A stretch of 40,540 nt of DNA, from contig DATEAC010000005.1 in assembly GCA_036584645.1 (NCBI GenBank), positions 1 to 40,540 of the forward strand. The letters run 5' to 3'. The translations under genes were made by a program, and so were the position numbers. The stretch is from Minisyncoccota bacterium. GTDB lineage: Bacteria > Patescibacteriota > Minisyncoccia > Phycocordibacterales > Zambryskibacteraceae. The notes beneath the pieces were generated by a model. The model was given only the letters and a program-made list of their open reading frames with translations. It had not been told where the DNA came from and did no database searches. Shown one piece after another: positions 8,004 to 15,979 of the stretch (positions are counted from its first letter, which is position 1; every line of letters begins with the position of its first letter).

Positions 8004-8300
8004 ATGAAAAAAGGAATTCACCCAGAAAATTACAGACAAGTCATATTTCACGACAACTCCTCGGGGGCGGAATTTATTATTGGTTCAACTATTGCCACAA
8101 CCGAAACCAAGAAACTCAAAGGCAAGGAATATCCATATGTGACTGTGGAAATATCTTCGGCTTCGCACCCGTTTTATACTGGTAAAGACACAGTTATTGA
8201 TACCGCCGGACGAGTAGAAAAATTTAAGGCAAGGCAAGCGACAGCCAAAAAAACAACCAAGAAATCCCTCGGCCATAGCACCACCGCGGGCAAGGCTTAG
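8004..8300 (+). CDS. rpmE: 50S ribosomal protein L31 (type B, no CxxC zinc motif)
   Basis: [10 protein letters not shown]..., [16 protein letters not shown]. Confidence 0.9.
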   Translation: MKKGIHPENYRQVIFHDNSSGAEFIIGSTIATTETKKLKGKEYPYVTVEISSASHPFYTGKDTVIDTAGRVEKFKARQATAKKTTKKSLGHSTTAGKA

Positions 8301-8318
8301 ATTTTTAGTCCGAACAAA

Positions 8319-9305
8319 ATGCCAGACACAGATCTTTCGCGCTACAAGGAAAATCCTAAAACCGCCTATATGGCGGGCCAGCTTGAGGGTTTGCTAAAAA
8401 AGGAAAAGGAAGCCCTTGAACTGAAAAATAGCGATATATCGCTGTCAGCTCTTGCCGATGAAGATTTAAAGAACATTTACGGGCAAATGGCCGAACTCAA
8501 AAAACATCTGGACGAAATTCTAAAAGAGGAAGAAGCCGAAGAAGAATTTCCCAATGAAATAATTTTGGAAGTGCGAGCCGGCGCAGGCGGAGAGGAAGCG
8601 GCCTTGTTTGCTGAAATATTGGCGAACATGTACAAAAAATACGCCGAGAGAAAAGGCTGGGCGTTTTTGGAAATTGATATTTCAAAGTCGGATTTGGGCG
8701 GATTCAAAGACGCGTCGTTTGAAATACGAGGCAAAGATGTTTATAAAATTCTTCGTTTTGAAACAGGGGTGCACAGAGTGCAAAGAATTCCGGAGACGGA
8801 GAAATCCGGACGAGTGCACACCTCTACTGCCTCTGTTGCGATTTTGCCCGTTCGCAAAATACATAAGCTGGTCTTAAATCCCGCCGATTTGGAAATTGAA
8901 TTCTCCCGCGCCGGCGGCAAGGGCGGGCAGAATGTCAATAAGGTGGAAACGGCGGTACGCATTACTCATAAACCCACGGGCATGACCGTGCGCTCAACGG
9001 CACAAAGAAGCCAAAGTGCCAACAAGGAAAAAGCTTTGGAAATTTTGACCGCCAAACTTGAGGAAGAAGAAAGACTCACCAACGAACAAAAACTTTCCGC
9101 TGACCGTAAAGGCCAAATAGGCACTGGCGACAGGTCAGAGAAAATCAGAACCTACAATTATCTACAGGACAGAATTACCGACCATCGCGTCAAAGAATCT
9201 TGGCACAACATAAATGCGATTCTTGACGGCGGTTTGGACAAAGTGTTTCAGGAACTTGAATCAAAATTTGAAACGGGGGTTGCGGAAGCGGCAAGAGAGA
9301 ATTAA
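8319..9305 (+). CDS. prfA: Peptide chain release factor 1
   Basis: 328 aa. GGQ motif ([21 protein letters not shown]). The tripeptide P-E-T in [14 protein letters not shown] sits at the RF1 PxT position, not the RF2 SPF. Confidence 0.85.
   Translation: MPDTDLSRYKENPKTAYMAGQLEGLLKKEKEALELKNSDISLSALADEDLKNIYGQMAELKKHLDEILKEEEAEEEFPNEIILEVRAGAGGEEAALFAEILANMYKKYAERKGWAFLEIDISKSDLGGFKDASFEIRGKDVYKILRFETGVHRVQRIPETEKSGRVHTSTASVAILPVRKIHKLVLNPADLEIEFSRAGGKGGQNVNKVETAVRITHKPTGMTVRSTAQRSQSANKEKALEILTAKLEEEERLTNEQKLSADRKGQIGTGDRSEKIRTYNYLQDRITDHRVKESWHNINAILDGGLDKVFQELESKFETGVAEAAREN
8430..8443. repeat. 14-bp perfect palindrome AGCGATATATCGCT inside prfA
   Basis: Shares the 10-bp centre CGATATATCG with the three larger palindromes at 140, 18113 and 18541. 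Confidence 0.9.
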
Positions 9306-9368
9306 ACTATTATTGCCAATGAGCACGCGCTCTGCTACTATATTGCCTACCCATTTTGGGAATTTTTT

Positions 9369-10100
9369 ATGCCAACAAAAAACGCCGGAACGACAGACAT
9401 TGAAGCGCTTTCAAAAGCGGGAGTGCACTTTGGGCGTTCGCGTTCCCGCAGGCATCCGTCCGCCAAGGAGTTTATTTTTGGAGCCAAGGGCAACGTGGAA
9501 ATTTTTGATTTGGAAGCCACTAAAATCCTTTTGGAGCGCGCGCTTGAGGCAGCCCGTGGAATAGGAGAAAAAGGCGGCCAAATTTTAATGGTTGGAGGCA
9601 AGAGTGAAGCCAAGGGCGCTATAAAAAGCGCTGCCTCAAGCGCCGGTCTTCCGTTTGTCGCTGGCAGATTTATCGGCGGCACTCTTACCAATTTTTCTGA
9701 AATAAAAAAGCGGATAGCTCGCTTGGAAAACCTGACAGAGCAAAAAGAAAAAGGCGAATTGTCAAAATACACAAAAAAAGAACGCCTCATTATTGACCAC
9801 GAAATTGAAAATCTCAGAGAAAAGTTTCAAGGCATCTCTTCAATGAAAACCTTACCAGTCATGCTTTTTGTGGTTGATCCGCGGCGTGAAAACATTGCCG
9901 TTAGAGAAGCAAACCATTTAAATATTCCAGTAATGGCCCTTGCCGGCTCCGATTGCGATATGAAAGAGCTTGATTTTCCCGTTCCCGGCAACGATGCGTC
10001 GGAGGCAAGCATAAAATTTATTACGGAAAAAATTGCTCACGCTTACAAAGAGGGCAAAAAAGAGTTAAAAGAGAACAGTAAAGAAGAAAAAAAAGTTTAA
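9369..10100 (+). CDS. rpsB: 30S ribosomal protein S2
   Basis: 243 aa. KAGVHFGRSRSRRHP, ILMVGGK, RFIGGTLTNF, LFVVDPRRENIAVREA and IPVMALAGSDCD. Confidence 0.9.
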   Translation: MPTKNAGTTDIEALSKAGVHFGRSRSRRHPSAKEFIFGAKGNVEIFDLEATKILLERALEAARGIGEKGGQILMVGGKSEAKGAIKSAASSAGLPFVAGRFIGGTLTNFSEIKKRIARLENLTEQKEKGELSKYTKKERLIIDHEIENLREKFQGISSMKTLPVMLFVVDPRRENIAVREANHLNIPVMALAGSDCDMKELDFPVPGNDASEASIKFITEKIAHAYKEGKKELKENSKEEKKV

Positions 10101-10138
10101 AGATATCTCACGGGGTATATAATAGAATCAGTCAAACG

Positions 10139-10645
10139 ATGAAAATAATTTCTACTGAACAGGTGAAAGAATTGCGGGATAAGACCGGCGTTTCAGTCAT
10201 GCAATGCCGTAAAGCTCTTGTTGAGGCGGAGGGCGATATGGAAAAGGCGCTTGTCATTCTCAAAAAGCGCGGAGCGGATGTGGCCGCAAAAAAGTCAGGC
10301 CGCACCCTCGGCGCCGGCACTATCCAATCCTATATCCACGGAAACGGCACCATAGGCGCAATTGTTGAGCTTTCATCGGAAACTGATTTTGTCGCCAAAA
10401 ATGAAGAATTTAAAAAGGCGGCTTACGATATCGCCATGCATGTGGCGGCAACCAATCCGGAATTTTTGTCTGTAGATGATAAAGGGGTTTCCGACAAAGA
10501 CGAAGCAAAAGAAAAAGCGCTCCTGGAACAAGCATTCATTAAAAACCCCGATATAAACATCAGAGATTTTGTCAATTCTCTTATTCAAAAATTTGGCGAG
10601 AAAATAGAAATTAGGCGTTTCGTGAGATTTGCCACCAGCGACTAG
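10139..10645 (+). CDS. tsf: Elongation factor Ts, short form (168 aa)
   Basis: N-terminal UBA-like VKELRDKTGVSVMQCRKALVEAEGDMEKA, then IGAIVELSSETDFVAKNEEF and DIAMHVAA. Much shorter than the E. coli protein. Confidence 0.85.
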   Translation: MKIISTEQVKELRDKTGVSVMQCRKALVEAEGDMEKALVILKKRGADVAAKKSGRTLGAGTIQSYIHGNGTIGAIVELSSETDFVAKNEEFKKAAYDIAMHVAATNPEFLSVDDKGVSDKDEAKEKALLEQAFIKNPDINIRDFVNSLIQKFGEKIEIRRFVRFATSD

Positions 10646-10646
10646 C

Positions 10647-11084
10647 ATGACAGCGACAGCATATGTATTTTACATTTCGCTTTTAGGGATGTTGGGAATG
10701 CTTTCCATAAAAATGTTTGAGCTGAAGCGTCGCCGCCGAAGTCTTGTCTATCACATTTTTGTCAGATTTGACAAAGCCACCCATGGAATGCTGGCGAGAA
10801 TTTTTGGCACCCTGCGAACCAAAAAGGGAGAACTTGAAATCTTTCTCAAGGAAGACTTGCGCAGGCTGATTTATCAAGCAATCGTATCCTCAATTGCCCA
10901 TGCCAGAGAGGCTTATGATAGGATACGGGCGTCTTCCCGCGGGGTTGTAAAATTGAGAGAAAACCCTAAAGTTTCCGCGTTCTTGAAAGACATTGAAATA
11001 GCCAAGAAAGAAATCAGCTTGCGTGGCTCGGGGCCAGAAATTGAAGATAAAAAAGAGTTGCCGGCGGGCGACGAACGACAGTAA
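10647..11084 (+). CDS. Hypothetical protein with one N-terminal transmembrane helix
   Basis: The ATG at 10647 follows the tsf stop. Hydrophobic AYVFYISLLGMLGMLSI, then a charged helical region. I recognise no family. Confidence 0.45.
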   Translation: MTATAYVFYISLLGMLGMLSIKMFELKRRRRSLVYHIFVRFDKATHGMLARIFGTLRTKKGELEIFLKEDLRRLIYQAIVSSIAHAREAYDRIRASSRGVVKLRENPKVSAFLKDIEIAKKEISLRGSGPEIEDKKELPAGDERQ

Positions 11085-11088
11085 TCCC

Positions 11089-11162
11089 GCCACCTTAGCT
11101 CAGTTGGCTAGAGCAGCCGTTTTGTAAACGGCAGGTCGTCGGTTCAAGTCCGACAGGTGGCT
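11089..11162 (+). tRNA. tRNA-Thr (anticodon UGU)
   Basis: Hand-folded cloverleaf of 74 nt. Acceptor GCCACCT/AGGTGGC, D stem GCTC/GAGC, anticodon stem GCCGT/ACGGC with loop TTTGTAA, T stem GTCGG/CCGAC with loop TTCAAGT, discriminator T. CCA is not encoded. Confidence 0.9.
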
Positions 11163-11196
11163 CAAAAACAGAACTTCTGATAGTGTTTTACTCTCT

Positions 11197-12741
11197 ATGG
11201 ATTATAGAAAAACGCCGTATTTTAAGGTGGGAAAATCGTCCGAACTGGTTTCAAGAGACCGTTTGCTTTACAAATGTCTTGAAATCATCCCGGGTTTCCT
11301 TTCATGGGCGACTATCGCATTTATCATACTTTTTTCTTGGTTTAAGCCGGTTTTTGCGGCTTATTTTGTTATTCTTTTTGACTTTTACTGGTTGTTAAAA
11401 ACCGTTTATCTTTCCAGTCATAATTTTCACAATTGGAGGAGGATAAAATACAATCTCTCTGTGGACTGGACAGAAAAAGTCTCCCACCTTAAGTACGAAG
11501 GTCTTTATCATCTTGTCATTTTTCCATTTTTTGACGAATCACTTGAGGTTGTTACGGGAAGCGTGGAAAGTATCAAAAAAGCAAACTATAATCTTAAAAA
11601 AATATTAATAGTGTTGGCCTATGAGGAAAGAGGAGGCGAAAAAGCGAAGAAAATAGGAAAGTCAGTTTCTCAAAAATTTAAGGATGATTTTGCCGGTGTC
11701 GTTGCCATTAAACATCCGCAAAACATTTTGGGGGAACTTGCCGGCAAGGGTTCAAATATTTCCTATGCCGCGGAGGAGGCGAGAAAAAGTCTGGTAGACG
11801 TTAAAAAAATTTCTTACGAAAACGTCATAGTTTCAGCCTTTGACATAGACACCGTCGTCTACAAGGACTATTTCATGTGTCTTACTTGGTATTTTCTAAC
11901 AACCGAAAATCCCGAGAAAGCGTCTTTCCAGCCGGTGCCCGTTTACATCAATAACATTTGGCAAACAAACCCGATTTCAAGGATTGCGGCTTTTTCAAAT
12001 ACCTTTTGGCAAATGATTCAGCAAGAGCGGCCGGAAAAATTAGTCACTTTTTCTTCGCACGCGGTAAGTTTGAAAGCTTTGGTAGACATAGGCTATTGGC
12101 AAACAAACATAGTGTCGGAAGACTCAAGAATTTTCTGGAATCTGTTTTTTGCCAACGACGGAAACTATCGGGTAATCCCCATGGCATATCCGGTTTCAAT
12201 GGACGCCAACTTTGCGGGGACATTTTGGAAAACGATGAAAAGCATTTACAAACAACACCGCAGATGGATGTGGGGCGCCGAAAATGTTCCGTACATACTT
12301 CTTGGTTGTATAAAAAATAAAAAGGTATCTTTTGGTAAAAAGATAAGGGCGGTGCTTGTGCAGTTAGAGGGCTATTGGTCAGCGGCCACAAATCCATTAA
12401 TAATCTTTCTCTTGGGCTGGCTGCCATTGGTTTTGGGCGGCAAATTTTTTAAAGAAACAGTGCTTTCTTACAATCTTCCGGTGGTTACCAGAAACTTGAT
12501 GATTATCGCCATGTTTGGACTTGTTGCTTTGGCCATTATGTCTTATTCTCTTTTACCAAAATCTATTGACGGCAAGCCAATAGAAAAAAAACACAAATTT
12601 ATGGCCATAGCACAATGGGTTATTGTTCCGATTACCATTATTATGTTTGGATCAATTCCGGCCCTAGACGCTCAAACCAGATTGATGCTCGGAAGATATA
12701 TGGGTTTTTGGGTGACGCCAAAATATAGAAAACATGATTAG
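11197..12741 (+). CDS. Integral-membrane processive family-2 glycosyltransferase (cellulose/chitin-synthase-like)
   Basis: 514 aa. N- and C-terminal TM helices, a DxD-like FDIDT, SED (TED-like) in VSEDSRIFW, and QxxRW as QHRRWMWG. Confidence 0.7.
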   Translation: MDYRKTPYFKVGKSSELVSRDRLLYKCLEIIPGFLSWATIAFIILFSWFKPVFAAYFVILFDFYWLLKTVYLSSHNFHNWRRIKYNLSVDWTEKVSHLKYEGLYHLVIFPFFDESLEVVTGSVESIKKANYNLKKILIVLAYEERGGEKAKKIGKSVSQKFKDDFAGVVAIKHPQNILGELAGKGSNISYAAEEARKSLVDVKKISYENVIVSAFDIDTVVYKDYFMCLTWYFLTTENPEKASFQPVPVYINNIWQTNPISRIAAFSNTFWQMIQQERPEKLVTFSSHAVSLKALVDIGYWQTNIVSEDSRIFWNLFFANDGNYRVIPMAYPVSMDANFAGTFWKTMKSIYKQHRRWMWGAENVPYILLGCIKNKKVSFGKKIRAVLVQLEGYWSAATNPLIIFLLGWLPLVLGGKFFKETVLSYNLPVVTRNLMIIAMFGLVALAIMSYSLLPKSIDGKPIEKKHKFMAIAQWVIVPITIIMFGSIPALDAQTRLMLGRYMGFWVTPKYRKHD

Positions 12742-13594
12742 GCCGATGTCAAAAAAACGCAGAATGATAATGCTAGTCATACTTATTTTGATATTTTTTT
12801 CTGCCGGGCCGGTACTCCTACTTTTTGCTTCAGGATATTCCTTTAAAGATGTCGTATCTCTGACAAAGATTTCCATACTTCGTACGGGCGGCGTATATGT
12901 AGCGAGTATTGGCAGCAACAGTTCCATTTTCGTTGATAATAAACCTTCGGGAGACTCGTCTTTTCTGGACAGATCGGTGTTGGCACAAGGATTGAGCATC
13001 AAACAGCATTTGATAAAAGTGGAGAGGCCGGGGTTCAGGGCGTGGGAAAAGAAAGTGACTGTTTCTCCCAATAAAGTCACTGAAGTCCGTCCGGTGCTGA
13101 TTCCAGAAAAAGTTTTGTTTATGCGGATACGGGACGGAGCAACAATTGAAACTCTTTCCAAGGCGTTTTTAAAGAAAAAAGATTTAATCATAGCAACATC
13201 AACAGGCAGGACGATTATTGATGACAGTAAAATTTCCATTTTGTTATCAAAAGACACGATAAAGATTACTTGGAAAAACGTTGAAGATACGCCACAATAT
13301 ATGTGCTCTCTCAACAATTGTGAAAAAACCCTAGAAATTTCTTTGGAAGAGCCGATTTTAGACGTTGAATGGTACAAAGATGATACCGATGGGCTGGTGG
13401 CAGTCGGAAGAAATCACATTTTTATTTTGGAGCTTGATGCCAGGGGAGGGAGGATTATTACCCCAGTATTTGCTTCGGGTGATTTTAAATTGGAAAATTT
13501 CGATAATTCATCCCTTGTTTCATACAAAGGGGAAATCTATCTGAAGAAATCAAGTGCCCTTTACAAGCTTAATTTTGAACCGTTATCGGTATAA
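12734..13594 (+). CDS. Membrane-anchored PEGA-like domain protein
   Basis: 286 aa. Overlaps the GT2 gene by 8 nt. N-terminal TM anchor, then a PEGA-like segment (VYVASIGSNSSIFVDNKPSG...HLIKVERPGFRAWEKKVTV). Confidence 0.5.
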   Translation: MIRPMSKKRRMIMLVILILIFFSAGPVLLLFASGYSFKDVVSLTKISILRTGGVYVASIGSNSSIFVDNKPSGDSSFLDRSVLAQGLSIKQHLIKVERPGFRAWEKKVTVSPNKVTEVRPVLIPEKVLFMRIRDGATIETLSKAFLKKKDLIIATSTGRTIIDDSKISILLSKDTIKITWKNVEDTPQYMCSLNNCEKTLEISLEEPILDVEWYKDDTDGLVAVGRNHIFILELDARGGRIITPVFASGDFKLENFDNSSLVSYKGEIYLKKSSALYKLNFEPLSV

Positions 13595-13603
13595 TATATT
13601 CTC

Positions 13604-14743
13604 ATGGCGTTATACAAAATTTCTCTCGTTGAACAAAACAAACTCATAGAAGAACTTTCCAAAAGGCACGATGCGAAAAGTGAGAGGATAAAGCGCTATT
13701 TGGCCATGCCCGATTTATCGCGCACAAGCGGCAGCCCGCTCAGTGAAATCGTAAAAAGGGTGACAAATCTTCCCGCCCTTCTTGATTTTGACGACATTGA
13801 TATACCAGAAATCATATCAACAGACATAATTTTTGATTTGTTCAATTTTCCGGCAGACCATCCGGCTCGAAGCCGGTCAGACACATATTATGTAGACGAT
13901 AAAAATGTCTTGCGCCCTCACGACACAGCGATGTGGTACTACTACTTTAAACTGGATGAAATAAAGAAAAAAATCGCGGAAAACAAACCGCTTGGCGTGA
14001 TGTGCTACGGCAAAGTTTATCGCAAAGACGAGATTGACCGGCATCACATGAACATCTTCCATCAGATAGGCGGGCTGTATCTTGTGCCGGACAGTCAAGA
14101 GACTCTCGTTTTGGATGACCTTAAAAATGTTCTGTCGGAGATTGTCCAAAGTATTTTCGGTAAGGATGTGAAATATCGTTTTAATCCCGACGTGTTTCCT
14201 TACACCGACCCGTCTCTTGAAGTGGAAGTGGAGAAAAACGACAAGTGGATAGAAGTAGTCGGTGGAGGCATGCCTCGTAAGAATGTTCTAAAAGACTTTG
14301 GTCTTGAGGGCTACAATGGTTGGGCGTTCGGTTTCGGATTAGAGAGACTGGCGATTGTAAGCATGGAACTTCCGGACATTCGTCTCCTTTGGTCTCAAGA
14401 CGAGCGAGTTAAAAAGCAGCTGACGTTAGATACTAAATTTAAAGAGGTCAGCAAATTCCCCCCGATAGTTCGAGATATTTCTTTTGTGGTAGATAAAAAT
14501 TTTATTCCCAATGATTATTTTGACGCCATTAGGGATATTGGAGGAGATTTAGTGGAGGAAGTAGGACTGCTGGATAAATATGAAAATGCAGAAAAGTTTG
14601 AGGTCGGCAAAATAAGCTACACATTCAGAATCACATACCGCGACCTCAAAAAAACACTTACCAACGCGGAGGTGAATGCTTTGCACTCAAAAATAGAAGA
14701 AGCAACCGTTAAAAATTTCGGCGGCACAATCCGACTGACATAA
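13604..14743 (+). CDS. pheS: Phenylalanine--tRNA ligase, single-chain type (PheS-like catalytic core plus C-terminal FDX-ACB domain)
   Basis: 379 aa. FPADHPARS, class II motif 2 YRKDEIDRHHMNIFHQIGG, motif 3 GWAFGFGLERLAIV. About 95 further aa follow (SKFPPIVRDISFVV...GGDLVEEVGLLDKY...FRITYRDLKKTLTNAEV), which is the ferredoxin-fold anticodon-binding domain pattern. Confidence 0.85.
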   Translation: MALYKISLVEQNKLIEELSKRHDAKSERIKRYLAMPDLSRTSGSPLSEIVKRVTNLPALLDFDDIDIPEIISTDIIFDLFNFPADHPARSRSDTYYVDDKNVLRPHDTAMWYYYFKLDEIKKKIAENKPLGVMCYGKVYRKDEIDRHHMNIFHQIGGLYLVPDSQETLVLDDLKNVLSEIVQSIFGKDVKYRFNPDVFPYTDPSLEVEVEKNDKWIEVVGGGMPRKNVLKDFGLEGYNGWAFGFGLERLAIVSMELPDIRLLWSQDERVKKQLTLDTKFKEVSKFPPIVRDISFVVDKNFIPNDYFDAIRDIGGDLVEEVGLLDKYENAEKFEVGKISYTFRITYRDLKKTLTNAEVNALHSKIEEATVKNFGGTIRLT

Positions 14744-14744
14744 C

Positions 14745-15326
14745 ATGGCGTGGATTTGGAGAGTTGGTCTCGGACAGAACGAGGTGAGCGAAGAGGCGCT
14801 AAAGAAATCTGGATTTAAATACGAGCTCGTGGAAGTGGAGGAAGCTTTACGGGCGCATATCGACGAAACTCTCGGCAAGCCATACAAATTTTTCACCTCA
14901 ATGCGCGAAGACGCTCCAAACTTTTTTAGTTGTTCCTCACTCATAAGCTATCTATACACTTTTGCCGGAGTTTGGATGCCGAGCCTTGTCATTGAAAAGT
15001 TTTCTTTTACAAAGCCTATTGCCAAGGAAGATTTACATTTTGGCGATTTTGTTTATTCATACAATGAGGGAGAGGATAAAAAGTCCCCAAATCATATGGG
15101 CATGTACTTGGGAGATGGGAAAGTACTTCAAGCCGCCGGCCACTGGTATAAAGGCAAGGTCCTGATAGAAAGTCTTGGTAAGTCGCCTTCATTTAAGACA
15201 ATTGTTGGCTATGGTCGAGTAGTTGAAGATTTAAAGGAAAAACGTTTTGTTGTGCAAATTCCAGACGATCGATCAGATTTGCGAAACAAGGAAAATTTAA
15301 TAAAAGAAATAGAAAAGTATAATTAA
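14745..15326 (+). CDS. NlpC/P60-family cysteine peptidase-like protein (no signal peptide seen)
   Basis: 193 aa. Catalytic-Cys context FFSCSSLISYLY and His context PNHMGMYLGDGKVLQAAG. Confidence 0.6.
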   Translation: MAWIWRVGLGQNEVSEEALKKSGFKYELVEVEEALRAHIDETLGKPYKFFTSMREDAPNFFSCSSLISYLYTFAGVWMPSLVIEKFSFTKPIAKEDLHFGDFVYSYNEGEDKKSPNHMGMYLGDGKVLQAAGHWYKGKVLIESLGKSPSFKTIVGYGRVVEDLKEKRFVVQIPDDRSDLRNKENLIKEIEKYN

Positions 15327-15330
15327 AGAT

Positions 15331-15888
15331 ATGAAATTGAACGTTCCTTATCATTCACAGTTTGATGAAATAACTATTCCTGAATGGAAGGAGAGGGGGT
15401 GTGCAATTACTTGTCTGAAGATGTGTTTGGATTTTGTAAAACCAAATGAAATTCCAAATATTGATGATTTAATAAAAGAAGGTATTGCCATCAACGGATA
15501 TCTCGGTAATGTTGGCTGGAGACATGAGACCTTGGTAAGACTGGCGCATAATCACGGAGTACCCGCGTACCAAGAAGAATTCAGGTCAGTTAAAGTTGAT
15601 GTCGCAAACAAAACTTTCTCGGAAAACATCTTTGAAAAAGACTTAATTGATATTGGCGTACAAAGAATACGAGAGACGATTGACAGAAAGATACCCGTAA
15701 TAGTCTCGGTAAACGAGAGATCGGGTTTCCATCAGTTAGTTGTTGTCGGTTATGAAGATAGTTTAGGAACAACAACGGGTTTTTATGTTTCAGATCCCGA
15801 CAACAGAGTGGGGGAAAAACAGGGCGTTTTCATGCCCGTATCTGACTTTTTAGCAGTTTGGCGCAAGTTTGCCATTTTTGTGGGTTAG
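15331..15888 (+). CDS. Peptidase C39-like (papain-fold) domain protein (no signal peptide seen)
   Basis: 185 aa. VPYHSQ...ERGCAITCLKM (Cys context) and GFHQLVVVGYED...FYVSDP (His/Asp context). Confidence 0.55.
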   Translation: MKLNVPYHSQFDEITIPEWKERGCAITCLKMCLDFVKPNEIPNIDDLIKEGIAINGYLGNVGWRHETLVRLAHNHGVPAYQEEFRSVKVDVANKTFSENIFEKDLIDIGVQRIRETIDRKIPVIVSVNERSGFHQLVVVGYEDSLGTTTGFYVSDPDNRVGEKQGVFMPVSDFLAVWRKFAIFVG

Positions 15889-15979
15889 TTGAGCCATATT
15901 TTTATTCCTTAAGCTCTTTCTTTTTTGCCCATTTTCTGATAGAATTGTAAGTGTTTGGGGGCTTTGTTAAGCCACCCAT

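Noticed and set aside
10422-10434. TTACGATATCGCC in tsf, and isolated TTACGAT / TACGATG half-sites (32638, 5069, 40515), as extra members of the palindrome family
   Set aside because: The tsf site lacks the central TA, so the half-site spacing differs. The others are single 7-mers expected by chance in 40 kb.
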